A stretch of DNA of 64,000 nucleotides from Phallusia mammillata (GCA_965637545.1 OZ281494.1:13330001-13394000); one strand, 5' to 3'; positions 16,985-34,348 are shown, counted from the stretch's first letter. The notes: a model not told the origin generated them from the sequence alone. Made by a program: numbers and translations.

Positions 16985-17161
16985 TTACCTCAGTGCTCCT
17001 GATGCAGCTCCTGTAGCTGCTGCTTCCGCTGGTTTAGCGACACTGCCAACTGCCTTACCAGCTTTCTTGGCAAATTTTGATAATTTGCTCCACTTTGCAT
17101 CACTTTGGCGACAGAAAACAAGAAGGCAGATTAACACGATAGAGAGCACCTTGCTGTTCAT
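16985..17161 (-). CDS. Antimicrobial-peptide-like precursor AMP-1, truncated (no exon 3/4); 58 aa if the donor is read through
   Basis: MNSKVLSIVLICLLVFCRQSDA-KWSKLSKFAKKAGKAVGSVAKPAEAAATGAASGAL, then AG|gtaa (read-through gives R-stop). 5'UTR exon donor at 17506-17507. No exon 3/4 homologue in 15900-16980. AATAAA on the minus strand at 16956-16961. Confidence 0.7.
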   Translation of the reverse strand: MNSKVLSIVLICLLVFCRQSDAKWSKLSKFAKKAGKAVGSVAKPAEAAATGAASGALR

Positions 17162-17167
17162 CTATAC

Positions 17168-17415
17168 CAGGGGTCACCAAACTACGGCCCGCGGGCCGGA
17201 TCCGGCATTTTTTAGGTTGCCAAATTGTAATAATAACTTTGTAACATTAAAAGTTAATCTACTCCTTACAAAAGTTTTTCTGTGGGGATATTCAGAATTG
17301 ATATACCGATTTTCATAGTTGGAAAGACGGCGCTAGGGCATGTAAACTATGCGGCCCGCGTGAATCATTATTAGCACTCATCCGGCCCACAGTGAAAAAA
17401 GTTTGGTGACCCCTG
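17168..17415. mobile_element. hAT-type MITE inserted at the AMP-1 acceptor/start codon
   Basis: TIR CAGGGGTCACCAAACT / AGTTTGGTGACCCCTG. Perfect 8-bp TSD ATCTATAC (17160-17167, 17416-17423). Confidence 0.93.
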
Positions 17416-18788
17416 ATCTATACAATAATGCAACACAAAATGACTTGTTTTGATTTTTTGATTGTTAAACACAAACCTACTGTTAGGATTATTATCATGT
17501 CACTTACTTTTTGTTGCGTGGCTTCACACAAGATATCTTTGCAACTGTGACTTAACAGGACGGCAATTGAAAGGGCGGGAAAACTTTATAAGTGTTATAA
17601 AGCCAAAGCAGCTGTTTTTTCAATTACTTGCGAGGATGTTAAAATGTGTAGCAACCAAATCCAACTGTATTAACAAATTATGTTCGGACTTTGTAATATT
17701 TCCTGTGGCAGTTAATTAGGATGTCGATGCAACTTTGTGATCTAGGGTTTGCAAACTTTTACCGTATGGTTTGTTCCGTGCTGTGATTGGACACTGCTTT
17801 GGGTGGGAATTTGTGCAAGATCTCAGTCTCAGTGCAAATGCAACTGATGGTGTATCTAAACGTATATGTGTATAATAGTCTTTGGAAGGTTTGCTATCTT
17901 AACTAAAAAAAATTCGTACTTGCGGTTAGTTTCCTTATTAGTTAGATAACAAAAACTGTTCGTTGCGTCTGAGTCATTTAAACGTTTTGTTAGATCCTTC
18001 CGTCCATTGATGGAAAAACATATGGCCGAAATAACGAAACGCAAAAGCCATATGCTATCAGCCCGCCGTCCATATTTTACCACAAAAGCAGAGTTGCAGG
18101 TATATGTTAAAAATACGATAAAACCTCAAAGGTAGGTATCTTACTTTTGATTACCCCAAAAACTACTTTCGTTGCATTGTGTATTATCGCAATGAAGTTC
18201 ATTCCACGTTTGCTACAGTGTATTGGTAATTCTTTCAACATACAGCAGCCGTAGTGTAGTGGTTTACAACAAGTAACTTACTAACGAGGCTACCCTCAAC
18301 CGTATGGCGCATGTATGCTGTAAATTGTAACTTTAACAAAAAGCAGATTAGCAGTGGCAATTTTACAAAGGGATAACCTCCGAAGCAATATTTTTTTGTT
18401 ATAACAGAATAGAAGTATTTTAAACATTCGTTTCGTTGTTTTGCAAAATCAATGGAAAGCGAGTTAGTTTGTATGATAGTGTAGCGCTGATTATTTGCGC
18501 GAGTTTAAATATCGAATGACAACAAGACGGAAAGGGTAAGACAAGACACGTTGCAAAAAAGGCATGTGACGTATTGTGCGGTTCGTGCGCTAACGATAGT
18601 AAACATTCTGCCTAAAATCAGTGTGTACAGTCAGAATGGTTTGAAAAATATAAACTATACTTTACTGTAGACTAGAGAAACGTATATACTTTTATTTAAA
18701 TTGAATAAAGACTTAAATTCGAACTCGTTTAACGTACATACGGCAAAACGTGTTTTTTGTAGGTTACAAAAAGTGATACAGGCTCAAA

Positions 18789-23620
<4,832 letters not shown>

Positions 23621-24476
23621 TGATTAGTTTCTCGATGTTTTTGAACAATGAACTCAGGTAAAACCGTCTTTAATTTTATCTGTCATGGTGAGTTAGATAA
23701 AATTTGTATTTAAAATTTCTATCATATTTATATTTTTGTCGTGTATTCAGAGTGTAACAATCAAAATGCTGACTGAAATTAACTGTTTGGTTTTTAGCAA
23801 ACTTTGTTTATGTCTACAAAACAGTGCCAAAGCGAAGTTTTTTTGCCCTGTTTTTGAGTAGCAGGTTTAATTTAAACCTAAGAAAGCAATATTGTACAAG
23901 TAATTTCACGCTGCAAAATTTGGTCGTATTTTTCATAACTTTACAGCATATGCAGTCATACGTAGTAATAAACAATGTCGTAAGAACGTGTACATTGACA
24001 ATGTGTGTGTTAACTTTTCCTAAAAACTTGTGAGCTATTGACTAAACAGAATGTATCAGAATACACAATATGTATTTCAACCAAAGTTTTAGGAATGACA
24101 TGCCGCTTGGACTAATACAATCTTTATTGTTGTGTTCAGTCGTGTATATAAATGAAGGTAAAACCAGGTGGTTAAATTTGTTTAAACTACCCGTCAATTG
24201 TACACACAGATATACTGATACGTAGTCAATGCAATTTGTGTTTAATCAATAATTCGTTTGATTTTTAAGCAATAAATTTGTCCAAACTTTTTGTCAATGT
24301 AAAAGTAAATTATACGATGTAATCTTAAATCATTCCTAAAAAAAAAACGATTAGATTAGTTTTAATTGCTGCGTCTAACTTCCACATGATGTAATCGAGC
24401 GCTTTACGAAGTGTCTTTGCTGTTTACGACGCTTGCCGACGAATTTTTTTCCTTCAGTTACATGGAAAATTTAGTA

Positions 24477-24773
24477 ACACCTCACCTCACAGCGGGTCAA
24501 CATTTAGCTAATTTCTGATAAGTGGCGCAAAGAGCACTCTTTCATTTGAAACGATATATCTCTAAAAATACTCACGGTTAGGGCTATTACGGTCGGGGTA
24601 AGGTATTAGCACATAAAATTCAATAAAACTAGCAATAGAACTTATAGTAATGTAAATTTTTCAAAAACTTACATCCTAACCCTACCTATTTTCGGTCGCT
24701 AAATAAATAATTCAGCTTTTTGCGTCACCTATCGGAAATTAGCTAAATGTGGGTCTGCCGTGAGGTATGGTGT
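24477..24773. mobile_element. MITE with long imperfect TIRs and TA flanks
   Basis: ~55-bp imperfect inverted termini (CCTCACAGCGGGTCAACATTTAGCTAATTT / AAATTAGCTAAATGTGGGTCTGCCGTGAGG). Internal GGTTAGGG / CTAACCCT motifs. TA on both sides. Confidence 0.7.
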
Positions 24774-25092
24774 TAGTAGCTGTATCCAGTTACATAACAT
24801 ATTTCCCATATCCAAGATAACCTTTCCACAAAAAAAGCCTTACTGCAATTTTCGTTTTTATTGTTTATTAATGTAAGTTTTACAACTACACAAAGCGTTA
24901 ACCAAACATGATACCTTCGTGGAGTGTGCCCAACTAGGAAACAAAAGCTATTTAATACTTTTGTTCGCTTTTCATTTAAACAAGGCATAAAAAATATGGA
25001 AAGAGTTAAGTTGGTAATGTCCACGTATTTTTGCATTTATTACGAACGCTAATTCACGTAATAAAAACACCATGGACGATATTCCCGTCACG

Positions 25093-25823
25093 CTAATAAA
25101 GTAGGTCCTCCATTTCTTCAATGAGTTCGATGTCATCTGAAACAATAACACATTTGCTAGTTTCTCTTGCAAAATCTATTTTGTATCTTGAGTAACCAAC
25201 CTATGTTCAATCTTTCGTGCAGCCTAGAGTCTCCAAGAGCACTGAAAAATCGCAATATAGGCCTAATTCAAATTTAAGTCACTCGCATAGGGCTATACGT
25301 TAAGCAAAAAGGAGTTGTTTATTTTGTGGCAGTTTTTAATGGTGGTCACCACATATGTGCGCAAATGTTGGCACACACAAACATTAAGTTTAGACTCAAA
25401 CAACAACATATTGCATTGGTATCAGATATATTAATGTCACTATTTTGTGTTGTTGACATATTGCCAATGTATTTCAAAACCTAATTGTCAGACAAATAGA
25501 AACTATTAAATTGTTTCTTGAAACGTTTTTGTTGTTGTAGTTTTATATGACCCGAAGTTTAACATCAACACTGGCAAAGTTCTCAGCCAGTAGTACCTTC
25601 GAAGAAGCTAGGTTTTAAGTATCTTGCACTTAAAACTGTCTGTCAGTTTACAAAAAAAGCTACGTTATTGCTCCACTTGCCCTGATTTTACTGCCTTAGT
25701 GACGCCACCACCAGCTACCTTCATAGCTTTCTTGATTATGCTTGCAATACTGTGCCACGATGCATCGCCTTGACGACAGAAAAGCAGGCAGATTAACACG
25801 ATTGAGAACACTTTGCTGTTCAT
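25093..25823 (-). CDS. Antimicrobial-peptide-like precursor AMP-2, 75 aa (GC-AG second intron)
   Basis: Coding exons 25823-25681, 25241-25201, 25136-25093: MNSKVFSIVLICLLFCRQGDA-SWHSIASIIKKAMKVAGGGVTKAVKSGAL-G-DSRLHERLNIDDIELIEEMEDLLY*. Donor GG|gcaagt. 5'UTR exon donor 25938-25939. Confidence 0.82.
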
Positions 25824-26080
25824 CTAAAAAACAATGCAACACAATGTGACAAAATGAATTTTGTTGTTATTTTTAACGCACACATAACCGATTCTATTAA
25901 ACCTGAAACTACTGTTAGCATTATTATCATTGTACTTACTTTTCGTTATGTCGCTTCACAAAAGATATTCTTTGCAACTATAATTCCACAGAACGGCTAG
26001 TGAAATCGCGGCAATACCTTTTACGTGCAATAATGCCGAAAACAGCTTTTTTCTCTCTCGCGCCATGGGAAATGATCCCT

Positions 26081-26113
26081 TATCCTGAATTGTTCACGTT
26101 TGAAACCAGCTGG
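26081..26113. promoter_or_regulatory. Conserved upstream module of AMP genes
   Basis: TATCCTGAATTGYTCACGTTTGAAAMCAGCTGG-like block at a similar distance above exon 1 in four copies (26081-26113, 30295-30327, 34587-34618, 40520-40552). Function inferred only. Confidence 0.45.
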
Positions 26114-26524
26114 CAACTTAATTCTGAAAACAGAGAGTGAAAACAACTTTAAAATATACAGTCATTATTCTATAATAAGAAATAAAAATAAAAGATTTTT
26201 TTTATAAATTTTGTTTGACACCAAAGACAAAAATAAAACTGGTTTCGAACAAAATAATATTTGCACATTTTTTGACAAAAACATATTATTATGGGCCAAA
26301 CAAAGTTTCACAAGGTAAAGTTTAGCATTTTTTCAGTTTAATTTCCGTCGTTAAAATAGCATCTAAAGTTTGTTTAACATTTTTGGTTAAACATTGTGCC
26401 CATAACACACTACATTAAGTTGTTTGCCTGCCCGCACGTATTTCTCAAGCCATGCCTGCACAAAATAGGCGGTCAATATTTTTGACGACATTTGGATGCG
26501 ACGTTTTATGGCTTTGTCTTAAAA

Positions 26525-27051
26525 CAGTGGTTCCCAAACTATGGTACGCGTACCACTAGTGGTACGCGAAGGTCTCCAAGGTGGTACGCGAGCGGGGAGC
26601 AACTTATTCAGTTCACACCAAACGATCGCAAATGATCTTCTAGTGATTATCGTAAACATTATTTTAATTTACACAAGTTACGTAGAGCGTGAAATTTTAC
26701 CCTACTAAATTCCAATTCCTTGGTGTATTGACGCATCGAACTGTAAAGCAGGGTTTCTTTGTGACGAAATAGGTGTATTATGACGTAATGAATCTGTTAT
26801 TACCACGTAATAAATCCTTAAAGTCTGACTTTTTTTGTTTAATATTTGCGAGCCTTTTGTTACTAAAGGCTAAAGTTACTAAGGTAAAGTTAGTTAGTGA
26901 AGTTTAGTAACATTTTTATTCATTAAACATTTTGCCTATCATTTTTTTATTTGTGAATTCTGGAGTTTTCTAACAATTATTGTAGATGGTACGAGAACGC
27001 TGCATGAACCCAAAAAATGGTACGCGAGTAGATAAAGTTTGGGAACCACTG
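26525..27051. mobile_element. hAT-type MITE
   Basis: TIR CAGTGGTTCCCAAACT / AGTTTGGGAACCACTG. Perfect 8-bp TSD TCTTAAAA. Confidence 0.92.
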
Positions 27052-27479
27052 TCTTAAAAGGAACATATGCTCAGTTCTTTTCAGTGCAACTACAACTGAG
27101 GTCTTTATTTTGGTACTCGCGGTTAGTTGCCTTGTTTGCCCGATTACAAAAGTGCTTGTTGCATTTTATAAATACAATTAAACCTTGGGTAGGTATGAAG
27201 CTGTTAGTTACTTGAATGAAATTGCTTTGATTACTTTGTGCAATGTATTTTTTCGGAAAAGCATATACATAATGATACAACAGTGGCAATTTAATCATCT
27301 GTTGTTATGTAGCTTTTTAGTTTGTAGTTGTACCACGTTTGCTGCTGCTGTTCATAAAAAATGTAATACCAGAATGGTTGTAGTTTTCTTTGTTTACAAA
27401 ACAAGGGAGAGTTTGAAATATTAATGGGTCAATGCACCGTATCGCAATCGTAGTTACCCGCCAGGTTTGCCCACAATGT

Positions 27480-27830
27480 TCATATTGTCCTCTTTCGTAA
27501 AACAGTATTTCATACCCTCAGTTGGCATCAAATGCAGCTTTTGTCCAAAGGAAAGAAATCACCCTTTATCCTTTCTAGAGCACTGGTATTTAGCACTCGA
27601 GGAGAGCATTACTCATCTTTATTACGTTCAGTTGATTTTGTTTGGGAAGTTCCTCTCCCTGTCGCGATGTATGTTGGCTGGGCAGATTTTGTTAACATTT
27701 TGCTATTGCATATTGTATATGGAACTTTGATTTTCACTGCATTAAAAACTTGCCTAATGAATTCTAGAGCCTTATTATTGAAAGATTCATATTTGGCTAT
27801 ATATTAGAGTTTGGTTATCTTGACATCTGG
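27480..27830. repeat. Recurring ~350-bp block upstream of AMP genes (part of the tandem unit)
   Basis: Homologous copies at ~32110-32470, ~34980-35220, ~35370-35470 (partial), ~38030-38330, ~40905-41200 (shared CTCAGTTGGCAYCMAATGCAGC ... GAGCGCGTTACTCAT ... CATATGTTGGC). Confidence 0.8.
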
Positions 27831-29142
27831 GTTTTGGCCACAGCCTTGTACCCGCAAAAGTAGAGTATGCTGCAATGACGTCAATTAATTTTTGTCTGCT
27901 AATATAGCTTTATTGTAGGTTGTGTTGGCATTGGGTTGCATTATACAAATACCTGAGTCGTATTTGTCCTTGACAATTACTACAAAGACTTTCAGTAGAC
28001 TGAACCCAAGTTTTAGTAAAAAAACATAAAAAACACCAAATTGACGAATGTCAAGTAAGACCCAAAACGTCTCATTTAAACTAAAGTCCGAACCCGGCCC
28101 AACTTACCACTCTGTGCAGAATGTACAGTATATTTAGCATGCAAAAGTGAATAAACGTGAGAAGTTGATTTAAATGCTATAGCCTAATTGTTGCTGCATT
28201 GTTTGAGCAATTTGTTCATTACGTGGTGTTGACTCGTTCTAAATGGTTCGTATATGTGTCTGTGGCTTCATAATTCGAATTATAGACGCTTCAAGATGAA
28301 ACTGGCGCAATAATATTCGCAACAAGCAGGTCAATCAAGTCAAGTCAAAAATTTATTTGCAAAGTCACTTTATCATCACAGTTTTCACATATGGGTCAAA
28401 ATGCGATGCCTTGCTGACAGCATTTATAAAAAGCTATTTAACCTACATTTAGGGATGGAAAGGCGGTTTTACTAGCAAGTGGGGCGTTAGAAAATAATTT
28501 ATATCCTTTTTCTTGCTTCTGTTAAAAAACAACAGGTGCGAATCTGGCCCGACTGTCAAATCTGAAGTGGGGCTTAAAACGCGTGAATGATCTTGGATTG
28601 TCAAAATACCAGGCTAAAAGGTTATCACTAGTGGTAAATTTTATTGAGAAACCTCTTCCTTAACAATTTAATGTATCGCATTGGGTTTAACCATTTATTC
28701 CGATGTTACACTGCTGTTAAGTTTATTTCAAATGCATACAATTCATCACATAGATATTTTTAGGCATTTTTTAAACATTACTGGTATTGTTTTCAGCCAC
28801 CCTTTACATCTGTTTCTTTACAAGTTTCCTTCACTACAAAACTGAACTTTCATTCAAGTTTATGAAAACATTAAGTCATTCATGCTTAAAGATTTTAAGA
28901 TATACATATTTCACCTTTATGGCATTATCAGTATGTAAAACAGAGGTTTGAACCATTTTTTAGTTATCAGAAAACAGACAGGTTGGTACGCATATATTGT
29001 GGTTAGTAACGTCTTAGACTCAAGCTTATTTTGCACGCTGCCAAATTTACAACCTTCTTATTTTGGTAATGTCTACATATTTTACTTTTATTACGATTGA
29101 CAATTCACGTAATAAAACACTATGAGCAATCTTTCCTTCACA

Positions 29143-30040
29143 CTAATAAAGTAGGTCTTCCATTTCTTCAATGAGTTCGATGTCATCTGAAACAATGACA
29201 CATTTGCTAGTTTGTCTTGTAAATCTATTTTTTATTCTTGAATAACTGACCTATGGTCAATCTTTCGTGCTGCCTAGAATCACCACTGAAAAAGAGAATA
29301 AAATTCAAATTCTGTTTAACTAGTCACTCACATAGTTTAACTTGTCACTACATTAAGAAAAAAGGTCGTTTATTCTGTGCAAGTCTTTGGTCGTGGTCAA
29401 CATAGATGTGCACAAATGTTGGCAGATGTGCGGACCTTTTTTTAAGTTAAAGCTGACTGTTTTGTTTGTAAAAGTAAAAACAGCAACATTTTACATCGGT
29501 ATCAGATGTTTTTTTTTAATTTCGCTATATTGTGTTGTTGACATAATGCCAATGTAGTTTAAAACTTAACTGCCACAGAAACAAAACATCTATTAAACTG
29601 TTTCTTCAAACGTTTTTGTTGTTGGAGTTTTTTATGTCACGAAGCCTCAAACGTAAACACAAACACTGGCAAATTTATTCGACCAACTTTCTAAAACGGT
29701 AAAACGCATTTGTTATGTAGGGTATCTTCGACAGACAACAGAATATAAAAAGAATCATTCTTGCTTCGAATAAGGTGAGAATTTCGACTATTTTCTAAAA
29801 AATTTTAAAATACTAATTTTTTCTAAAACACTACATGTAACATCTTATATTGCGCTTATAATACATTTCAGTTTACCTCATTGCTCCATTAACGGCTCCT
29901 GTGGCTGCCTGTTTAGCGGTTTTACCAATTGCTTTACCCGCTTTTTTACCAAACCTTTTCAGTTTCTTCCACCCCGCATCACTTTGGCGACAGAAAACGA
30001 GAAGGCATATTAAAACGATAGAGAGCACCTTGCTGTTCAT
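29143..30040 (-). CDS. Antimicrobial-peptide-like precursor AMP-3, 80 aa, intact
   Basis: Coding exons 30040-29877, 29285-29251, 29186-29143 (243 nt, all GT-AG): MNSKVLSIVLICLLVFCRQSDA-GWKKLKRFGKKAGKAIGKTAKQAATGAVNGAMS-G-DSRQHERLTIDDIELIEEMEDLLY*. 5'UTR exon donor 30146-30147. Confidence 0.9.
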
Positions 30041-31644
30041 CTATAAATCAATGAAACACAAAATGAATAATTTTATAAAAAATCTATGCACATACAACCT
30101 TCTGTTAAACACGAAACTACTGTTAAGATTATTGTCATGTCACTTACGTTTTGTTGTGTAGCTTTACAAAATAAATCTTTTGCAACTATAATTCAACAGG
30201 ACTACAAATAAGGGTGCGGTAATGCTTTTTACGTGTTATAAAGTCGATAACAGCTTTTTTTCTCCATAATTACTCACGCTATGGGAAATGTTTTTATCCT
30301 GAAGTGCTCACGTTTGAAAACAGCTGGTACTTTATCACACTGAAGACAGAGAATAAAAACATCCTGAGAATACATGACTATAAAGTAAAAATAAAACTTT
30401 CTTTTCTACATATTGTTAAGCACCAAAAACGAAAATGTAATTGGCTTAGAACAAAATACTTTTTGCACATTTTGTGGGTGGCATCAAAATATTTTCGTTT
30501 CAACGTTTTAACGTCAAAATAACTGTATATTTGCTCTATATTTATGCGAAACCACCTGGTCTTAAGTTTCACATTTAACCTTTTATTTTAGTTTGCGTCT
30601 TTGGAAGGTACAGCCTCCAAACTCCGTTTACCATTTATGCCATAAACGTTATGTATATTACACATGGCATGCATCCTTTTTGCCCACACATTTGTTTTCC
30701 GGCGAGCGACGTTTTATTGCTTTGTCTAAAAATGAGCAAAACCACATTTAGTCTCTGTGCAACTTTACAACTAAGGTTTGTTATTTGGTACTTGCGTTTA
30801 GTTTCCTTATTTGCATTAGTTAAGATGAATATATTCATATTGGGATCAGCCCTGAAGCGTTCATGCACACTCGAGATCACTTGCCATATGGGAATGCTTG
30901 GAAAATCGACTTGATTCGGTATCACACCTTCAATAGGCCTGGCATACTATGATTTGCCTGAGTGAAATGACTAAAACGGTTTGTTGCATCTGAGTCATTT
31001 AAACGTTTAGTAGACATACCCTAAATCCTTCCGTCTCTTGTAGGAAAACATATGTGCGAAATAGACCCAAAAGTGCATATGCTACCAACCAGAAACAGCT
31101 CATTGTAAGTTTTTCCAAAAAGCAGCTGTGTTACAAAATCAGAACCTTAGAAGGTAAGTGTGTAACTGTTAGTTACCTAAATGAAATTGCTTGCATTACA
31201 TTGCACAATAGAAATGTTTCGCAAAATATGTAATGATAATGAAATGATAATGAGCATATGTAATGATTACTGACGGTAGTAGTAATTTAAATATTTGTTG
31301 CTATTTCACAATGTAGTTATACCACGTTTTCTACAAATTTTGGTATTGCTGTTCAACATACATCAGCTATCTTTACATATTTACAGATGACCAACAAGGT
31401 TTGTCTTATGATGCTGTTCTGTCTTGTCATAAGTTGTCAACAATGTGAAGGAAGTTGGAAAAAATTCATCCGTTATATTGCTCGTAATTGGTAAAGAACA
31501 TTTTCAATTTGTTTTATTTGTTCCTGTATTTGACAAAAGAAAATAAAAAGCGGTACAAAGCTCGTTCAGATTGGTATAGGGAAGACCATTTACTGGATTA
31601 TACATAAACTTTTCATTGTTCACCTTCTTCGCCTTAAATAAATC

Positions 31645-31862
31645 NNNNNNNNNNNNNNNNNNNNNNNNNNNNNNNNNNNNNNNNNNNNNNNNNNNNNNNN
31701 NNNNNNNNNNNNNNNNNNNNNNNNNNNNNNNNNNNNNNNNNNNNNNNNNNNNNNNNNNNNNNNNNNNNNNNNNNNNNNNNNNNNNNNNNNNNNNNNNNNN
31801 NNNNNNNNNNNNNNNNNNNNNNNNNNNNNNNNNNNNNNNNNNNNNNNNNNNNNNNNNNNNNN
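31645..31862. other. Assembly gap (218 N)
   Basis: Run of N characters. Confidence 1.
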
Positions 31863-33675
31863 ACAGGGATGAACGAGAGGAACTCTCAAAAATTGCACAA
31901 AATGAGAGACTGGCAGTTGATTCAGCCGACAACGCTATGTTTGTGGATGTTGTGGCATGACGTGCTGTTTAGCCCGTAATCAACTATAAAACTGTAAAAA
32001 TGTAATAACAGAAACGGTTGTAGTTTGTTTGTTTACAAAACAAAAGAAAGTTTAAAATATTTTTTGGGAAATGTACAGTGTATTATAGTTGCCCGACTAT
32101 ACTTTGCCCCTATGTTCATATTGTCTTCTTTCGTAAAAAAATGATTCTCATAACTTAAGTTGGCATCCAATGCAGCGTTTGCGTAATGGAAACCCCCTTT
32201 ATTCTATCCAGAGTACTGATATTTAACACTATGAAGAGCGCGCTACTCATTCTTTAATACGTTTAATTGATCCGATGGGGAGCTTTTTTATCTATCGCAA
32301 CATATGTTGGCAAGGCAGAAAATTTTGAATATATGCAAGCCTTTGCATGTTACGTATAAAAGTTGGATATTCAGGCAAGCGAAAGTTGCCTTATGAAGCC
32401 TTTTTAGCCAAAGATGCATATTTGGCTTTATATCTGAGTATTATGACCTTGGCATCGCGTTTGGTTTACAATCAGAATATGCAGCATTGACAACATTTTA
32501 TGTTTTGCTAACAAAGCGTAATTAGTTTTGTTGTCTTCGAGTTTAATTATATAAATCCCTGACTATTTTTTTTCAATCATTTTACGATAAACCAAATTAA
32601 TTTAACAACCACCGCTTTTGTAAACCAAAATGCTTTTTTTAGGAGACGACAAGGTAGTTTTTTATCGGTCGGTCGTCACTTGTTGAGGCTGGGAAGGGCT
32701 TTTTCACATGGTAGGAAAAAAGTTTCTGCAAGTATCTTCAACATTTTTTGTGTGTCTTCTGCCCTTGGTAATTACTGCAAATCAGTCAAAACTACTCACT
32801 GATACTATAGACTAGAGAAAGTGTAAAATTGCCTCCAAACAGGCCAGAACCCAAGATTTTTCAAAAAAAAAAGTTTTAAATAGAGATGTCATTATAGGAT
32901 CGAACGTTGTGAAATTGTGGCGCAAGTGAGGCGAATGTGACCTAAGACCCAAATAAAGTTTGTTTTATTCAAACTTAGGCCCGAACCCGGTCTGTCCGAT
33001 TTCTAACTCATGCGTTGGAAAGGAACCAACGTTTTAATGCACAAGTCTTTCTAACTCAACTGCTTGAAAAAGATCTGACGCAATGTGAAACTTTTTCCAC
33101 AATCTCATAATGCTCATGATTTGTACTGAGAGCGATAATAAGTAAATGTTACGTATTACTGTTTATACCAGCAGTCACCAAACTCCACCCTTTTTGTTCG
33201 ATCCGAAATAGTACTAGAATTGGTTTAAAAAAGTATGAAACAACTTTGTAATATATTTTGCTGAACATATAAGCCATTGACGCTTGTGAACATCTGTTGA
33301 CTTCTACATGCTTTAGACATGGTACGAACTTTTTTTAAATCACTGAAGTAAATGGACTGTCCTTTGAACGATTGCCCTTGTTAGTATAGCCTACCTTTTT
33401 CTATTTGATATTTGATCTTTCAAAAAAAAAATTTCGCGTGTCAACAATTTGCTACAAAATAGAGGTTTGCGACCATTTTTAGTTTTTAGAAAAAGACGGG
33501 TTGGTACGCATAAAAACAGTCAAATGATTCGTGGTTAGTAACTGGTTATAGGCTCAAACTGCTTTTGTACGCTGCCACCATCACAGCTTTATTGTTTTGG
33601 TAATGTCCTTATATTTGTACATTTATTACCATTAATTCACGCAATAAAAACACCATGAACGATTTTCCCTTTACA

Positions 33676-34348
33676 CTAATAAAGTAGGTCCTCCATATCT
33701 TCAATCAATTCGATGTCATCTGAAACAATAACACATTTGCTAGTTTGAAACCTATTTTTTTATTCTTGAATAAATTACCTATGGTCAATCTTTTCCTGCA
33801 GCCTAGAGTCAAGTTAGTTCAACAAGACACTTGCATAGGGCTATATTAAGGAAAAGGGGGTCGTTCATAATGTGCCAGATTTTTAATGGCGGTCATCACA
33901 TACATGCACAAATGTTGGAACCCACAATCGTTTTTATAAGTTTTTACTCACTGTTGTGTTTGTAAAAGTAATCAACAGCATATTATATCGACATGAGGTT
34001 TATTTGTGCGATTATTGTGTTGTTAACATATTACCAATGTATTTCAAAAACTAACTGTCAGAAAACGTTTTTTTTTGTTATAAACATCAACACTGGCAAA
34101 GTTCTAAGTCAGTAAATTTTACTAAGAAGCTTGGATTTTGGTGCCTTGCGTGTTAAATGTCTGTCTGTTTACGAAAAAAGTCTACGTTATTTCTCCACTT
34201 ACCCTGATTTTAGTGCATTTTTAGCAATACCACCAGCTGCCTTGTTAGCTTTCTTTAGAAAGTTTTTAAAACTGCCCCACGATGCATCGCCTTGTCGACA
34301 GAAAACAAGAAGGCAGATTAACACGATTGAGAACACCTTGCTGTTCAT
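33676..34348 (-). CDS. Antimicrobial-peptide-like precursor AMP-4 (original exon-3 acceptor deleted; predicted new acceptor)
   Basis: Exon 34348-34203: MNSKVFSIVLICLLVFCRQGDA-SWGSFKNFLKKANKAAGGIAKNALKS. Predicted 17-nt exon 33795-33779 gives G-K-R-LTI. Last exon 33719-33676: DDIELIEDMEDLLY*. 5'UTR exon donor 34462-34463. Confidence 0.75.

Noticed and set aside
17970-17976. AP-1 site TGAGTCA upstream of AMP-1 (also 30991-30997)
   Set aside because: Both lie in the same duplicated block, and the 7-mer also occurs in exons and elsewhere by chance; not independent evidence.
31504-31960. ORFs spanning the N gap
   Set aside because: Open only because N codons are untranslated. The flanking peptides are too short to assign.
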